The translations under genes and the position numbers were made by a program. Shown here piece by piece: positions 36,855 to 45,798 of a stretch of DNA of 47,814 nt (position 1 is the first letter of the stretch; each line of letters opens with the position of its first letter). Under the pieces are notes generated by a model. That model saw only the letters and a program-made list of their open reading frames with translations, was not told the DNA's origin and did not search any database. Location of the stretch: sequence record PV090993.1; one strand, written 5' to 3'. Source of the DNA: Salmonella phage vB_GS166.

Positions 36855-37274
36855 ATGGTAACTGACAAAGGCGATTATCTTGAATACTACGAGCGAGATC
36901 CGAGCGACACGCGCAAGGAAGATTCTCACCAGGTTGATTGCGTGGCGTGGTTACGCCACAATTACCCGCACTTGTTGTTTTGGCACACGGTTAACGAGGG
37001 GAAAAAGACGATCACAAGCGCATTACGTGACGAGCAAGCAGGATTGCGTAAGGGCGTGAGTGATTTCGTTATCCTGATTGGCTTGAATCACCGCTACCCA
37101 TTCGCTGCTATCGAATTGAAGCGCGTCAACAAATCAGGAAAGTGCAAAGCTTCACCTGTCAGCGACGAGCAATCGGCCTTTTTGCGTGACGTTCGCCAGC
37201 GAGGAGGATTCGCGGCTGTTGCATACGGCATTAATCAATTCAAAATAGCTATTGAGGATCTCGTTTCAAAATAG
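36855..37274 (+). CDS. VRR-NUC domain nuclease
   Basis: LLFWHTVNEGKK...GLRKGVSDFVILI...AAIELKRVNKSGKCKASPVSDEQSAFL. Confidence 0.85.
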   Translation: MVTDKGDYLEYYERDPSDTRKEDSHQVDCVAWLRHNYPHLLFWHTVNEGKKTITSALRDEQAGLRKGVSDFVILIGLNHRYPFAAIELKRVNKSGKCKASPVSDEQSAFLRDVRQRGGFAAVAYGINQFKIAIEDLVSK

Positions 37275-37314
37275 CACTTTTTGTTAAAACGCCGGATGAA
37301 CAATCCGGCATAAT
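37269..37314 (+). promoter_or_regulatory. box element
   Basis: AAATAGCACTTTTTGTTAAAAC, N18, CATAAT (37309-37314); GCCGGAT/ATCCGGC. Confidence 0.8.
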
Positions 37315-37345
37315 GCACACATCAGAACGAAACGGAGAAATCAAA

Positions 37346-37672
37346 ATGAAAAAATTCCTACTGGCTGCATTGTTCGCAACTGCATTTTCAGCTAACGCCG
37401 ATTCATGCAATAGCATCATTCATTACGCAATAACCAACGCAAAGGATAATTGGGGATCTGATGCAAGATTAGTTTCTCAGCCAATGCACGTATCAATTTA
37501 CAAAGATACTTGCAAAACTGCAATAACAGCAAATGGAGTAATCAGTAAGGATGATTTTTATGAGGGAATAAAAAACGGTTCAAGCGCATTGCTTGAAAAA
37601 CATGGCTATATTGATGCGGCAGATGTAAATTCTTTAGTAGCAAAAATTTCATACGATTTCGCAACAGAATAA
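37346..37672 (+). CDS. small secreted protein
   Basis: signal peptide MKKFLLAALFATAFSANA then cysteine-containing mature part. Confidence 0.7.
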   Translation: MKKFLLAALFATAFSANADSCNSIIHYAITNAKDNWGSDARLVSQPMHVSIYKDTCKTAITANGVISKDDFYEGIKNGSSALLEKHGYIDAADVNSLVAKISYDFATE

Positions 37673-37685
37673 GAGGTAAAATAAA

Positions 37686-38426
37686 ATGGCAAAAGATATT
37701 CAGGAATCAGTGACAATTGATACATTCGCTCCTGAAATGGACTTCCACGAATTGCAGTATGGTACTTATTCAAGTATTGCATTGCGTTCTGGAGGGCATT
37801 ATCAAGCTGTAAGACCAAATAATTTTTACAAGGTTACCGGAAATCATTATGCAGGAAGCAAAACTCCTGATATTGTTCGAGACCTTTGGGAAACTCCAGA
37901 TGAAATTGTTGAATACCTTGCTGAACGTTACGGCAAATATGATCTTGACGCAGCAGCAACGGAAGATAATAAAAAATGCGATAAATTTTACAGCAAAGAA
38001 ACAAACTGCTTAAAGCGTTGGTGGGGTAGCAATAAGCACGTTTGGTTAAATCCACCATACAGCAATCCAGATCCATTTATCAAAAAAGCAATTGAGCAGA
38101 TGGAACACGGAAACCAGATTGATATTTTACTTCCGGCTGATAATTCAACTGCATGGTTTAGTGACGCACAAAAACACGCGGCAGAAATTATCTGGATTAC
38201 TGGTGAAACCTGGAAGAATGAAGAAGGTCGCGAATATTCCCGCACTGGTCGTGTAGCGTTTATTTCTGGCATGACAGGTGAACCAGTACAGGGCAACAAT
38301 AAAGGCAGCGTGATTTTTATCATGCGCCAACTTAAAGAAGGTGAGCAACAGCAAACGCACTATGTGAAGATTAGCGACATTTGCCCTTCCGTAAAAAATA
38401 AACGAGCCAAAGCGCGGAGTATTTAA
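37686..38426 (+). CDS. phage DNA N-6-adenine methyltransferase (Dam-type)
   Basis: SKTPDIVRDLWETPDEIVEYLAERYGKYDLDAAATEDNKKCDKFY...WLNPPYSNPDPFI. Confidence 0.9.
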   Translation: MAKDIQESVTIDTFAPEMDFHELQYGTYSSIALRSGGHYQAVRPNNFYKVTGNHYAGSKTPDIVRDLWETPDEIVEYLAERYGKYDLDAAATEDNKKCDKFYSKETNCLKRWWGSNKHVWLNPPYSNPDPFIKKAIEQMEHGNQIDILLPADNSTAWFSDAQKHAAEIIWITGETWKNEEGREYSRTGRVAFISGMTGEPVQGNNKGSVIFIMRQLKEGEQQQTHYVKISDICPSVKNKRAKARSI

Positions 38427-38427
38427 A

Positions 38428-38658
38428 ATGAGCATTCGATTAGCCGATCACATGAAATGGGATTTATTTGTTGGTATGACAATTCGCTTACTTGATAAGC
38501 ATGGTTATAACGCTGATAAAATGGAGTTGATAAACTGCCTGGATATGACATTTGACGAAATCAAAGTTGCGCCTTTGTACATGTGGGAAAGAAAAATTGA
38601 GCACGACCTGATACAATACAAACGCAGAGAGGGCGCACGATTTTTCAATGTGAAATAG
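38428..38658 (+). CDS. hypothetical protein
   Basis: 76-aa ORF; stop TAG lies in the box. Confidence 0.65.
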   Translation: MSIRLADHMKWDLFVGMTIRLLDKHGYNADKMELINCLDMTFDEIKVAPLYMWERKIEHDLIQYKRREGARFFNVK

Positions 38659-38698
38659 CACTTTTTGTTAAAACCCGCTACTGCGGGTTTTGTATTAT
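38653..38698 (+). promoter_or_regulatory. box element with terminator-like hairpin
   Basis: AAATAGCACTTTTTGTTAAAAC, AAAACCCGC-TACT-GCGGGTTTT, TATTAT (38693-38698). Confidence 0.8.
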
Positions 38699-38729
38699 GT
38701 GCTTAACGGAAAACAAGAGGATTTCAAAA

Positions 38730-38891
38730 ATGAAAATCGTAAACGTCGAATACTTCAAAGATGCGCAATGGCTAGCAATGGAAGCAGTATTTATGAACAA
38801 AAAATGCCATGAGATTACTGGTGAAATATTGTGGAATGACGCAATTGAACTACTTAAAAAGGCTTACGGTTATGAAAGTGACGAAGGGTAA
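38730..38891 (+). CDS. hypothetical small protein
   Basis: MKIVNVEYFKDAQWLAMEAVFM; trimmed start. Confidence 0.55.
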   Translation: MKIVNVEYFKDAQWLAMEAVFMNKKCHEITGEILWNDAIELLKKAYGYESDEG

Positions 38892-39114
38892 AAAAGAAAC
38901 CTGGGAGTTAGCCAAAAAATGCGGTATTGATGAAGGGATCGCAAAAATAGCGAAATATTTCGACATTAAAGATGTGTGCGTTATTGTTGGTGACGAAATG
39001 GCGTATGTTGAAGAAAGGCCGCGCAAGGTTCATCGTGTTAAGGCAATTCCAACAACGATAGACTACAAGGCCGTTATAAACAAAACTAAAGAGCAAAGGA
39101 AGTATTTCAAATGA
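38872..39114 (+). CDS. hypothetical protein
   Basis: MKVTKGKKETWELAKKCGIDEGIAKIAKYFDIKDVCVIVGDEMAYVEERPRK. Confidence 0.55.
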   Translation: MKVTKGKKETWELAKKCGIDEGIAKIAKYFDIKDVCVIVGDEMAYVEERPRKVHRVKAIPTTIDYKAVINKTKEQRKYFK

Positions 39115-39188
39115 GACACATTTCAGTTGTTTTGTTGACGCCTGTTATAGCATGGGTTATTATGTACAAAATTATTATGAGTGTTTGA
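39111..39188 (+). CDS. putative 25-aa membrane microprotein
   Basis: MRHISVVLLTPVIAWVIMYKIIMSV*; ATGA overlap with the upstream stop. Confidence 0.35.
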   Translation: MRHISVVLLTPVIAWVIMYKIIMSV

Positions 39189-39190
39189 AT

Positions 39191-39667
39191 ATGGATTACA
39201 AATTACTTTTTGATTATAAAGAAGGCATTTTGATAAAAAAGGTAAAGCTGTCCAAAAGGTGCAAGATTGGTGATCAAGTCGGATGGTTGAATAGTTCTGG
39301 ATACCTTCAATTTTCAATGAGGAAAAAAGTTTATCTTGTTCATCGTGTTATATGGGAAATTCACAACGGAAAGATACCAGATGGAATGGAAGTTGATCAT
39401 ATTGACCATAACAAACTTAACAACAACATAGAAAACCTTAGGCTTGTAAGTAAAAAAGAAAATCACAAGAATATGCCGCTACAAAAAAATAATAAAAGTG
39501 GATTTTGTGGAGTTTGCTTTATAGAAAGATGCAACAAATATAGATCTTCAATAAAGGTTGACGGAAAGACCAAATATCTGGGATACTTTATCGACATCAA
39601 TGACGCAATAAAAGCAAGAATTGATGCAAATAAAATATTTGGTTTTCACAATAATCATGGTGGATAG
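39191..39667 (+). CDS. HNH homing endonuclease with AP2-like C-terminus
   Basis: HRVIWEIHNGKIPDGMEVDHIDHNKLNNNIENLRLVSKKENHKN...KYLGYFIDINDAIKARI. Confidence 0.88.
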   Translation: MDYKLLFDYKEGILIKKVKLSKRCKIGDQVGWLNSSGYLQFSMRKKVYLVHRVIWEIHNGKIPDGMEVDHIDHNKLNNNIENLRLVSKKENHKNMPLQKNNKSGFCGVCFIERCNKYRSSIKVDGKTKYLGYFIDINDAIKARIDANKIFGFHNNHGG

Positions 39668-39668
39668 A

Positions 39669-40784
39669 ATGACTGCTAAAAAGATTACCGACGAGCAATT
39701 GATCGCTGAACGTGAGGCGGGTTTAAAACTGCGTGAGATTGCGGAAAAATACGGAATGAGCTTGCGCCAGGTTGAGCACCGACACAGTAAATTAGCAAGG
39801 CGCGGCGAGATCTCAACAATCGGATCTCCTGGCTTTCCAGTTATCGGTGAATCAAGATTAACACGCGCTAACGGAGAGGTCGTTATGACCTGGACAAAGA
39901 CGCACAAAGACAAGGAGCAATTAGAATCGATCATGCAAGCGGCTATGGATGCATTTTCGGAAGAAGTGCCGCGAGTTAAGCCACAACCGGAAAAGATTAC
40001 TGACTATTCGCAAACATTGTCGTTATATCCGATCTTTGATATTCACATCGGCGCAATGGCTCATAAGCATGAAAGCGGTGAGAATTACGACACCGCAACG
40101 GCAGAGAAGATCATGAATGAATTCTTTGATTATGCCGTCGATAAAGCACCGAATAGCGAAAAGGCCGTATTGCTGATTGGTGGTGATATGATTCACAGTG
40201 ACGGCCTAGAGGCTGTAACCCCTGCAAGCGGTCACGTTCTGGATCAAGATTCACGCTATGCAAAACTTGTTTATGTTGCTATCAGAGCAACGCGCCGAGC
40301 AGTAAGCCGGATGCTTGAAAAGCATAAAGAGGTTGAGATCCAGATTATTGAGGGTAATCACGACCAATCAGGAATGATATGGCTACGTGCCGCAATGGCG
40401 GCTGCATATGAAAATGAACCGCGTGTTACTGTTGACGTTTCTCCTCGCGTAGTGCATCACACTCAGTACGGAAAAACATTCCTGGCTTATCATCATGGTC
40501 ACACCATACGCAAGCCAGAAACGCTTTTAATGGCTTGCGCAGCAGATTGGCGCGAGGATTTCGGAAACTCAAATTCAATGTATGCGCATGTAGGGCATTG
40601 GCATCATCAGACCGTAACAGAAACGAGTTTAGGTATTGTTGAGGTTCACAGCACTATGGCGGCGAAAGATGCATATGCCGCGCGTGGTGGTTGGCGATCA
40701 CGTCGCAGAGCGGCGGTAATAATTTACGATAAGGAATATGGCGAAATAGGAAGATTTATGTTTTATCCTGAAATGATTGCATAA
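39669..40784 (+). CDS. metallophosphoesterase with N-terminal HTH
   Basis: FDIHIGAMAH..GGDMIHSDG..IIEGNHDQSG..YHHGHTIRK..HVGHWHH. Confidence 0.8.
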   Translation: MTAKKITDEQLIAEREAGLKLREIAEKYGMSLRQVEHRHSKLARRGEISTIGSPGFPVIGESRLTRANGEVVMTWTKTHKDKEQLESIMQAAMDAFSEEVPRVKPQPEKITDYSQTLSLYPIFDIHIGAMAHKHESGENYDTATAEKIMNEFFDYAVDKAPNSEKAVLLIGGDMIHSDGLEAVTPASGHVLDQDSRYAKLVYVAIRATRRAVSRMLEKHKEVEIQIIEGNHDQSGMIWLRAAMAAAYENEPRVTVDVSPRVVHHTQYGKTFLAYHHGHTIRKPETLLMACAADWREDFGNSNSMYAHVGHWHHQTVTETSLGIVEVHSTMAAKDAYAARGGWRSRRRAAVIIYDKEYGEIGRFMFYPEMIA

Positions 40785-40799
40785 TTAAAGTATAAAGAA

Positions 40800-40829
40800 A
40801 AAGGCTGGCTAAGTGCTGGCCTTTTTTTG
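40800..40829 (+). terminator. intrinsic terminator
   Basis: AAAGGC...GCCTTTTTTT. Confidence 0.7.
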
Positions 40830-40896
40830 TTTTTGTGGTTAATATAATCAGACTAAATTTTGATATTGACTTTTAACTATTATTGAGGATCTGATT

Positions 40897-41121
40897 ATGA
40901 GGGACTTTCTTTTAATGGCTCAAAACTCTTTTGGAGGTGCAACTGTTGTTGGCTCTTTTACTGGTGAGTTTTTGTTAGCTATAGCAACATTTATTTTATT
41001 CGCCATTTTCGGCTTTTGGGGCGCGTGGCTTAAATGGCGTGATAGTAAAGCGATCCGAGAGGCTTTAGATTCAGGGGATTTAAAAACAGCGCTTAATCTA
41101 CGGCAGAAAGAGAGGGTGTAA
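40897..41121 (+). CDS. putative holin
   Basis: 74 aa, TM segment [22 protein letters not shown], charged C-terminus, directly before the endolysin. Confidence 0.65.
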   Translation: MRDFLLMAQNSFGGATVVGSFTGEFLLAIATFILFAIFGFWGAWLKWRDSKAIREALDSGDLKTALNLRQKERV

Positions 41122-41615
41122 TGACAATCAAGAAAGGTATAGCCGCCACCGTAACAGGGGCGGCTTTAATGTTGGCATCGCCTTTGATTGAAGAAATTGA
41201 GGGCGTAAAGTATAAGCCTTACAAGGATATTGCTGGTATCTGGACTGTATGCCACGGCATCACCGGAAAGGATGTGATATTAGGAAAGGAATATACCAGG
41301 CGAGAATGTGATGCTTTATTAGCAAAGCATATGAAAGTAGCGGCTGACGCTGTTGATAAAGCGGTAAAAGTTGATATTCCTTTATCAATGCGAGCGGCGC
41401 TATATTCATTCACATTTAACGCTGGCACTGGTGCATTTAGAAAATCAACCATGCTTAAAAAGATTAATAATGGTGATCTGTACGGCGGTTGCGGTGAGCT
41501 ATGGAATTGGACGTATTTTACAAATACAAAAACAGGCAAAAAGGAAAAATCAAGAGGATTGAAAAATCGCCGCGCAGTTGAATATAAATATTGTGTTAAG
41601 GATCTGAAAACATGA
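41121..41615 (+). CDS. endolysin, GH24 lysozyme (SAR-type N-terminus likely)
   Basis: [16 protein letters not shown] catalytic triad spacing (E-8-D-5-T); N-terminal weak TM. Confidence 0.9.
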   Translation: MTIKKGIAATVTGAALMLASPLIEEIEGVKYKPYKDIAGIWTVCHGITGKDVILGKEYTRRECDALLAKHMKVAADAVDKAVKVDIPLSMRAALYSFTFNAGTGAFRKSTMLKKINNGDLYGGCGELWNWTYFTNTKTGKKEKSRGLKNRRAVEYKYCVKDLKT

Positions 41616-42001
41616 AAAGAAAATTACTGGCTGTTTTGATGTGCATTACTCTTTCAGGTTGTTCAGCGTCAAGCCTGTTACCTGGTCTGATTGGTAGTAA
41701 GCCTGATATAACAGCACAAGCCGGATCTGAAAATGTGAAACAGACTGTTGGAGTAACTGCAAAACAGGACACATCCAGCAAGCAGGAAACAACATTCAAA
41801 GAGTCGGCAGTTGGAAAGGTTGATTCCAGCAATAAAAAGCAGGTTAGCACATCAAGCATTAAGGCAGATAACATAACAGCGGAAAGAATAGAGATCCGAA
41901 ATAATGACGGTATCAATATTCCAGCTATAGCAATGAGCTTGATAACGTTTATCACAGGTATGATTGCTGGATGGACTCTAAAACGCAACAAGGCGGCATA
42001 A
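41612..42001 (+). CDS. unimolecular spanin (u-spanin), putative
   Basis: lipobox LSGC near N-terminus plus C-terminal [25 protein letters not shown]; directly after the endolysin. Confidence 0.75.
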   Translation: MKRKLLAVLMCITLSGCSASSLLPGLIGSKPDITAQAGSENVKQTVGVTAKQDTSSKQETTFKESAVGKVDSSNKKQVSTSSIKADNITAERIEIRNNDGINIPAIAMSLITFITGMIAGWTLKRNKAA

Positions 42002-42014
42002 GCCGCCTTTTATT

Positions 42015-42212
42015 TTACGTTAATTTCCTTGCATGAATAAGTAATTCCCCATCTTGATTTGTCAATTGATGCTCATTATTTTCAAACGCTCGCATATCGC
42101 TATAAAGCAAAAGCATTAGAGCATAAACAAAATCATCGTGCGGAATTTGCATTGCCGAACTTTCTTTCAAAATAAGATCTATCAAATGCTGTCTGGCTGA
42201 ATAATTCTTCAT
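42015..42212 (-). CDS. hypothetical protein
   Basis: 65-aa ORF overlapping the next. Confidence 0.4.
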   Translation of the reverse strand: MKNYSARQHLIDLILKESSAMQIPHDDFVYALMLLLYSDMRAFENNEHQLTNQDGELLIHARKLT

Positions 42213-42528
42213 CGCTCATTTTCTCAATATTCATAATCTCCCATACATAACGATTGGAATCACCTTCAAGGCTATGCAGTTCGAAATTAAAAGGCCTTTT
42301 CATCTTGTTTTTGCACCAGTATTCACAGTGAATTCCTTCAAGATATCCAAAACCCATCATTCTAGACACAAACTCTTTACTTGTGCTTGATGCGAAATAG
42401 CGGCGAGTCACTCCAGCATTTTTTGCCAACCTCTCACACTCGCGGTGGCGATAAATGAATTTAGCTAAATCCTGGCGATTGAATTTATCGCGAGACTCAC
42501 AGAATCGATACAGATCGAGCATGAACAT
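42133..42528 (-). CDS. hypothetical protein
   Basis: 131 aa, adjacent to the DUF3987 gene. Confidence 0.65.
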   Translation of the reverse strand: MFMLDLYRFCESRDKFNRQDLAKFIYRHRECERLAKNAGVTRRYFASSTSKEFVSRMMGFGYLEGIHCEYWCKNKMKRPFNFELHSLEGDSNRYVWEIMNIEKMSDEELFSQTAFDRSYFERKFGNANSAR

Positions 42529-42534
42529 GATATA

Positions 42535-44115
42535 TCACCCCAATAATGCTGGATTCACATAAACCAGCTTACCAACAATGCAAACGTAATTCTTTTCTTC
42601 CAGCATTGGCAATAATTGCTCCTCAATTCGTTTCATTACGCCAGCTTGACCAGTGAAAGGCTTAACCTTACGCGCACTCTCATAAATCGCCCTGGCATTA
42701 GTAACGCCTTTATTTTTACGAGACAGCTTAATTATGATTTCAATTAGTTTATTCATTTCTGCATCATCGCCAGCATGACCGGAAGCATTTGCCGCATTTA
42801 TGTATGTTTTGCTTAATTCGCTAAACATCACAATTGCTTCCTGCATTGTTTCAACATTAATTTCACGATCCTTTTGTGGTGTGCCTTTCGGGTTAAACCA
42901 ATTACGGATAGTGTGCAAAACTGACGCGATTCGAATAACTTGTTTATCCATCTTACCCAATGCGCCACGCAACATTGTATGTGAATATTTTCCACCGTCT
43001 GCTAAATCAGGTTCTAACTGTTGACGTGCCATATTTAAAACGCGCATTGCAGATCGTGACGGCTTCAAAACAACATTTTGCTCAGTCATTATATTGTGAA
43101 TCAACTGGAAGTATTGCGCTTTTAACTCCTTGTCAACTGGCTTGTAATCTAGATCACCGTTTTCATCAACAAAGACACGCTCACCCAACATTGTTTTTTC
43201 GCGAACCAGTAAGAAACGCTCACTAACACCAATACCGCGCGCACCTGCATCCATAATACCTTTTATCGTTTCATCCTGTGCAATTACGCTCATACATCCC
43301 AACGCAACAAAACTCATATTGTTTTCAGCGTTTGCGCGAGCTATTGAAACGTGTCCGGCGTCCCATGCTTTCAAAACTAATTCGCTGTTAGTTTTTCGGT
43401 CGCTATTTGCATAAGTAAGGCCGAGCAAACTGTTAATACTTGTTGCTTCATCTGAAATAACCGCAAAGTTACCCTGGCGGTTGTTAATTTTTGCCAAACC
43501 TTCCGGCGTGGTATCAGATACAGGGAAAACAATGTCGCACATCTTTTCTAACTTTTCTTCTAATTCTTCCTTTTCCTCAAATAATGCCGCAACCTCAGTG
43601 CTTGAGCGTTCAGCTTTTAATTCCTTCTCAATGCCTTTTAATTTTGCTGCGATCTTCTTACGCTCTTTTTTGCGTTGTTCGTTGATGCGCTCAACTTCAC
43701 AAACCATTGGAGCAATCGCCAGGCTGTTAATTGCTGATTTACCTGTTGATGGAGGCTGACTGGTTACAACATAAAGCGCCGTTGGTTGTTCAGTTCCGTG
43801 GTATTCAACCTGAAAGCGTCCAACCATAGCGGCAGAAACACAACCAATAAAATGCATGTATGCCGATGATTCAGGAAACTGGACTGATTGCGCAATGCTG
43901 CGTGAAAGTTTACCAACAATATCAAAATCATTACCTAAAGAGATTACAGGATAGCGATCATTAGCGCCGTTGATATCCCTCACAGGCTCCCAAAAGCTCG
44001 ACGCTTGGCGATAACCGTTAGACTGAATAGCAACTCTTAACGGCGAAACACCTTGTGATTCAGCCACTGCAATTACTTGTTGAGGTGTCAACTTATTGGT
44101 ATCAAAATCAAACAT
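42535..44115 (-). CDS. DUF3987-type replication ATPase
   Basis: VTSQPPSTGKSAINSLAIAP P-loop, ISDEATSINSLLG, GARGIGVSERFLL. Confidence 0.82.
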   Translation of the reverse strand: MFDFDTNKLTPQQVIAVAESQGVSPLRVAIQSNGYRQASSFWEPVRDINGANDRYPVISLGNDFDIVGKLSRSIAQSVQFPESSAYMHFIGCVSAAMVGRFQVEYHGTEQPTALYVVTSQPPSTGKSAINSLAIAPMVCEVERINEQRKKERKKIAAKLKGIEKELKAERSSTEVAALFEEKEELEEKLEKMCDIVFPVSDTTPEGLAKINNRQGNFAVISDEATSINSLLGLTYANSDRKTNSELVLKAWDAGHVSIARANAENNMSFVALGCMSVIAQDETIKGIMDAGARGIGVSERFLLVREKTMLGERVFVDENGDLDYKPVDKELKAQYFQLIHNIMTEQNVVLKPSRSAMRVLNMARQQLEPDLADGGKYSHTMLRGALGKMDKQVIRIASVLHTIRNWFNPKGTPQKDREINVETMQEAIVMFSELSKTYINAANASGHAGDDAEMNKLIEIIIKLSRKNKGVTNARAIYESARKVKPFTGQAGVMKRIEEQLLPMLEEKNYVCIVGKLVYVNPALLG

Positions 44116-44134
44116 CTAAAAATATCCTTCTCTT

Positions 44135-44190
44135 GTTGCCGTAAATGATACGGCAACAATGCTACCCTGTTTTAACAAAAAGTGCTATTT
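44135..44190 (-). promoter_or_regulatory. leftward box element driving the DUF3987 gene
   Basis: reverse strand AAATAGCACTTTTTGTTAAAAC, N18, TATCAT; perfect 9-bp GTTGCCGTA/TACGGCAAC. Confidence 0.82.
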
Positions 44191-44433
44191 GATCCGCTCT
44201 ACTTTAGCTAACAATTTACCGTCTATAATGCTGTGACACTCAAGTGTTTTAGGATCAAACCACATTGATTTATGGAAAGTATGACCAATCAGCAAAGATG
44301 TGTGCTTGTCACGTATACGGTATACTGTTTCACCATCCTTTAGCGCTGAAATGTCACTAAACACAACATTATAGCGGTATTTTTGCATAGCCTCAGATCG
44401 GTGGGGCGTGTAATTTTTTTCTGGTAGGATCAT
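44185..44433 (-). CDS. hypothetical protein
   Basis: 82 aa; stop TAG lies in the box. Confidence 0.6.
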   Translation of the reverse strand: MILPEKNYTPHRSEAMQKYRYNVVFSDISALKDGETVYRIRDKHTSLLIGHTFHKSMWFDPKTLECHSIIDGKLLAKVERIK

Positions 44434-44927
44434 GCTGTAACTCCGTGGTTTTTGTGATAACCATAAACCATATCTGCTTTTATTCTTTCCTTTCTTGCTG
44501 ATTCAACTGTATCAAATAATCCCAAATATTTTTTCCTACCATTAACATTTAGTGCGGCCTCCCATTTTTTAGCGCGTTCATTCCAATAAACTCCCATCTC
44601 ACCAGATGAAGATAAAACCTTTCCTTTGTTCTTTAAGTTTTCAGATCTTGAAACTAATCTTAGATTTTCAATTCTGTTATCAGTTCTATCATGGTTTATG
44701 TGGTCAATATCAAATCCTTTAGGTATCTCTCCATAGTGCATAAACCATACAATTCTATGAGCGTATGCCTTTACACCTTTTGCACCAACTGACACATAAC
44801 CATTTTTTGTTACAGCACCAGCAAGAAGATCCTTTCTAACACCGTTGCGCCACTCAAGCCAATATAGATTGCCGTTATCGTAGCGCAACATTGAGGAAAG
44901 GAGCTTAAGCCTTTCCAATTCTGTCAT
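44430..44927 (-). CDS. HNH homing endonuclease with AP2-like C-terminus
   Basis: HRIVWFMHYGEIPKGFDIDHINHDRTDNRIENLRLVSRSENLKN...KKYLGLFDTVESA. Confidence 0.88.
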   Translation of the reverse strand: MTELERLKLLSSMLRYDNGNLYWLEWRNGVRKDLLAGAVTKNGYVSVGAKGVKAYAHRIVWFMHYGEIPKGFDIDHINHDRTDNRIENLRLVSRSENLKNKGKVLSSSGEMGVYWNERAKKWEAALNVNGRKKYLGLFDTVESARKERIKADMVYGYHKNHGVTA

Positions 44928-45313
44928 TTGTAAAGAGCCTCAAACAGATAAGTGCCGCCAGCGGCAGAGAATCCGCATTCCTCTCTATAGAGCGTAAATC
45001 GATCACCGTTTTCATCGAACACGTATCCAGCAACAGCTCCTAACACGCGACCTTGTTCAATCTGGTAACGCTTATCAGCTTTGAATGTTTTCTTGATCTG
45101 CATAGAGTGGTTTACCCATGTGCATTTAATTGTTTTTGTTTTGATATGACGATAGTCAGACTCAACAGCGTTTTGCCACTTGCTACCATTTGTAATGCTC
45201 TTTACCTGGAATTGTTCCAACTCGATCACATCATCGCTACCAGCAATTTTTTCGTATACAACTTTATAACGACAGTTCATCAAAACGTTGGTTTTATTGC
45301 AGATAACTTTCAT
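44924..45313 (-). CDS. hypothetical protein
   Basis: 129-aa ORF. Confidence 0.6.
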   Translation of the reverse strand: MKVICNKTNVLMNCRYKVVYEKIAGSDDVIELEQFQVKSITNGSKWQNAVESDYRHIKTKTIKCTWVNHSMQIKKTFKADKRYQIEQGRVLGAVAGYVFDENGDRFTLYREECGFSAAGGTYLFEALYK

Positions 45314-45344
45314 CGTTTATTTCTCCTTTCGTTTCGGTGAAGTG

Positions 45345-45390
45345 ATTATGCCAGGCTTTTACACCTGGCTTTTAACAAAAAGTGCTATTT
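45345..45390 (-). promoter_or_regulatory. leftward box element
   Basis: reverse strand AAATAGCACTTTTTGTTAAAAG, N18, CATAAT; GCCAGG/CCTGGC. Confidence 0.8.
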
Positions 45391-45798
45391 TGCGTTTGCT
45401 TCAAAGACGGCGCGAGCAAAACCGCGCGGTGTGAGGGAGCGTAGTTGCTTTGTTCTGGCAGACTTACCGCCTAAAAACTTCCAACCCCAAAAGAACATTA
45501 CGCCCTCATCATTGGATAACGGCTTGCGTTCCGGCTCGGTAAATCCGTTGCCGCACCATATAGCCGTCCTTTTTGTGTAGCCATCCTTTATCGGCATCTT
45601 GGGGTGAAAAGATCCATCGGATTCATCCAGGTAGTTACCAAAATCGCGAGGATTGAAATAAAAATCAGGCTTTCGCCATAGCGTTGATAGTCGGCCTACA
45701 GGATTCTCAGCCATCCAGGGAACACCGAAATGATTCCCGACAGTTTCAACCATGATTCCAGATCCATCAAACATTGAGTAAGCAACTTTATTTCCCAT
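45385..45798 (-). CDS. truncated DNA cytosine methyltransferase-like protein
   Basis: MGNKVAYSMFDGSGIMVE then VGNHFGVPWMAENPVGRLSTLWRKPD...YTKRTAIWCGNGF...RSLTPRGFARAVFEAN; catalytic PPC region not present. Confidence 0.6.
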   Translation of the reverse strand: MGNKVAYSMFDGSGIMVETVGNHFGVPWMAENPVGRLSTLWRKPDFYFNPRDFGNYLDESDGSFHPKMPIKDGYTKRTAIWCGNGFTEPERKPLSNDEGVMFFWGWKFLGGKSARTKQLRSLTPRGFARAVFEANAK

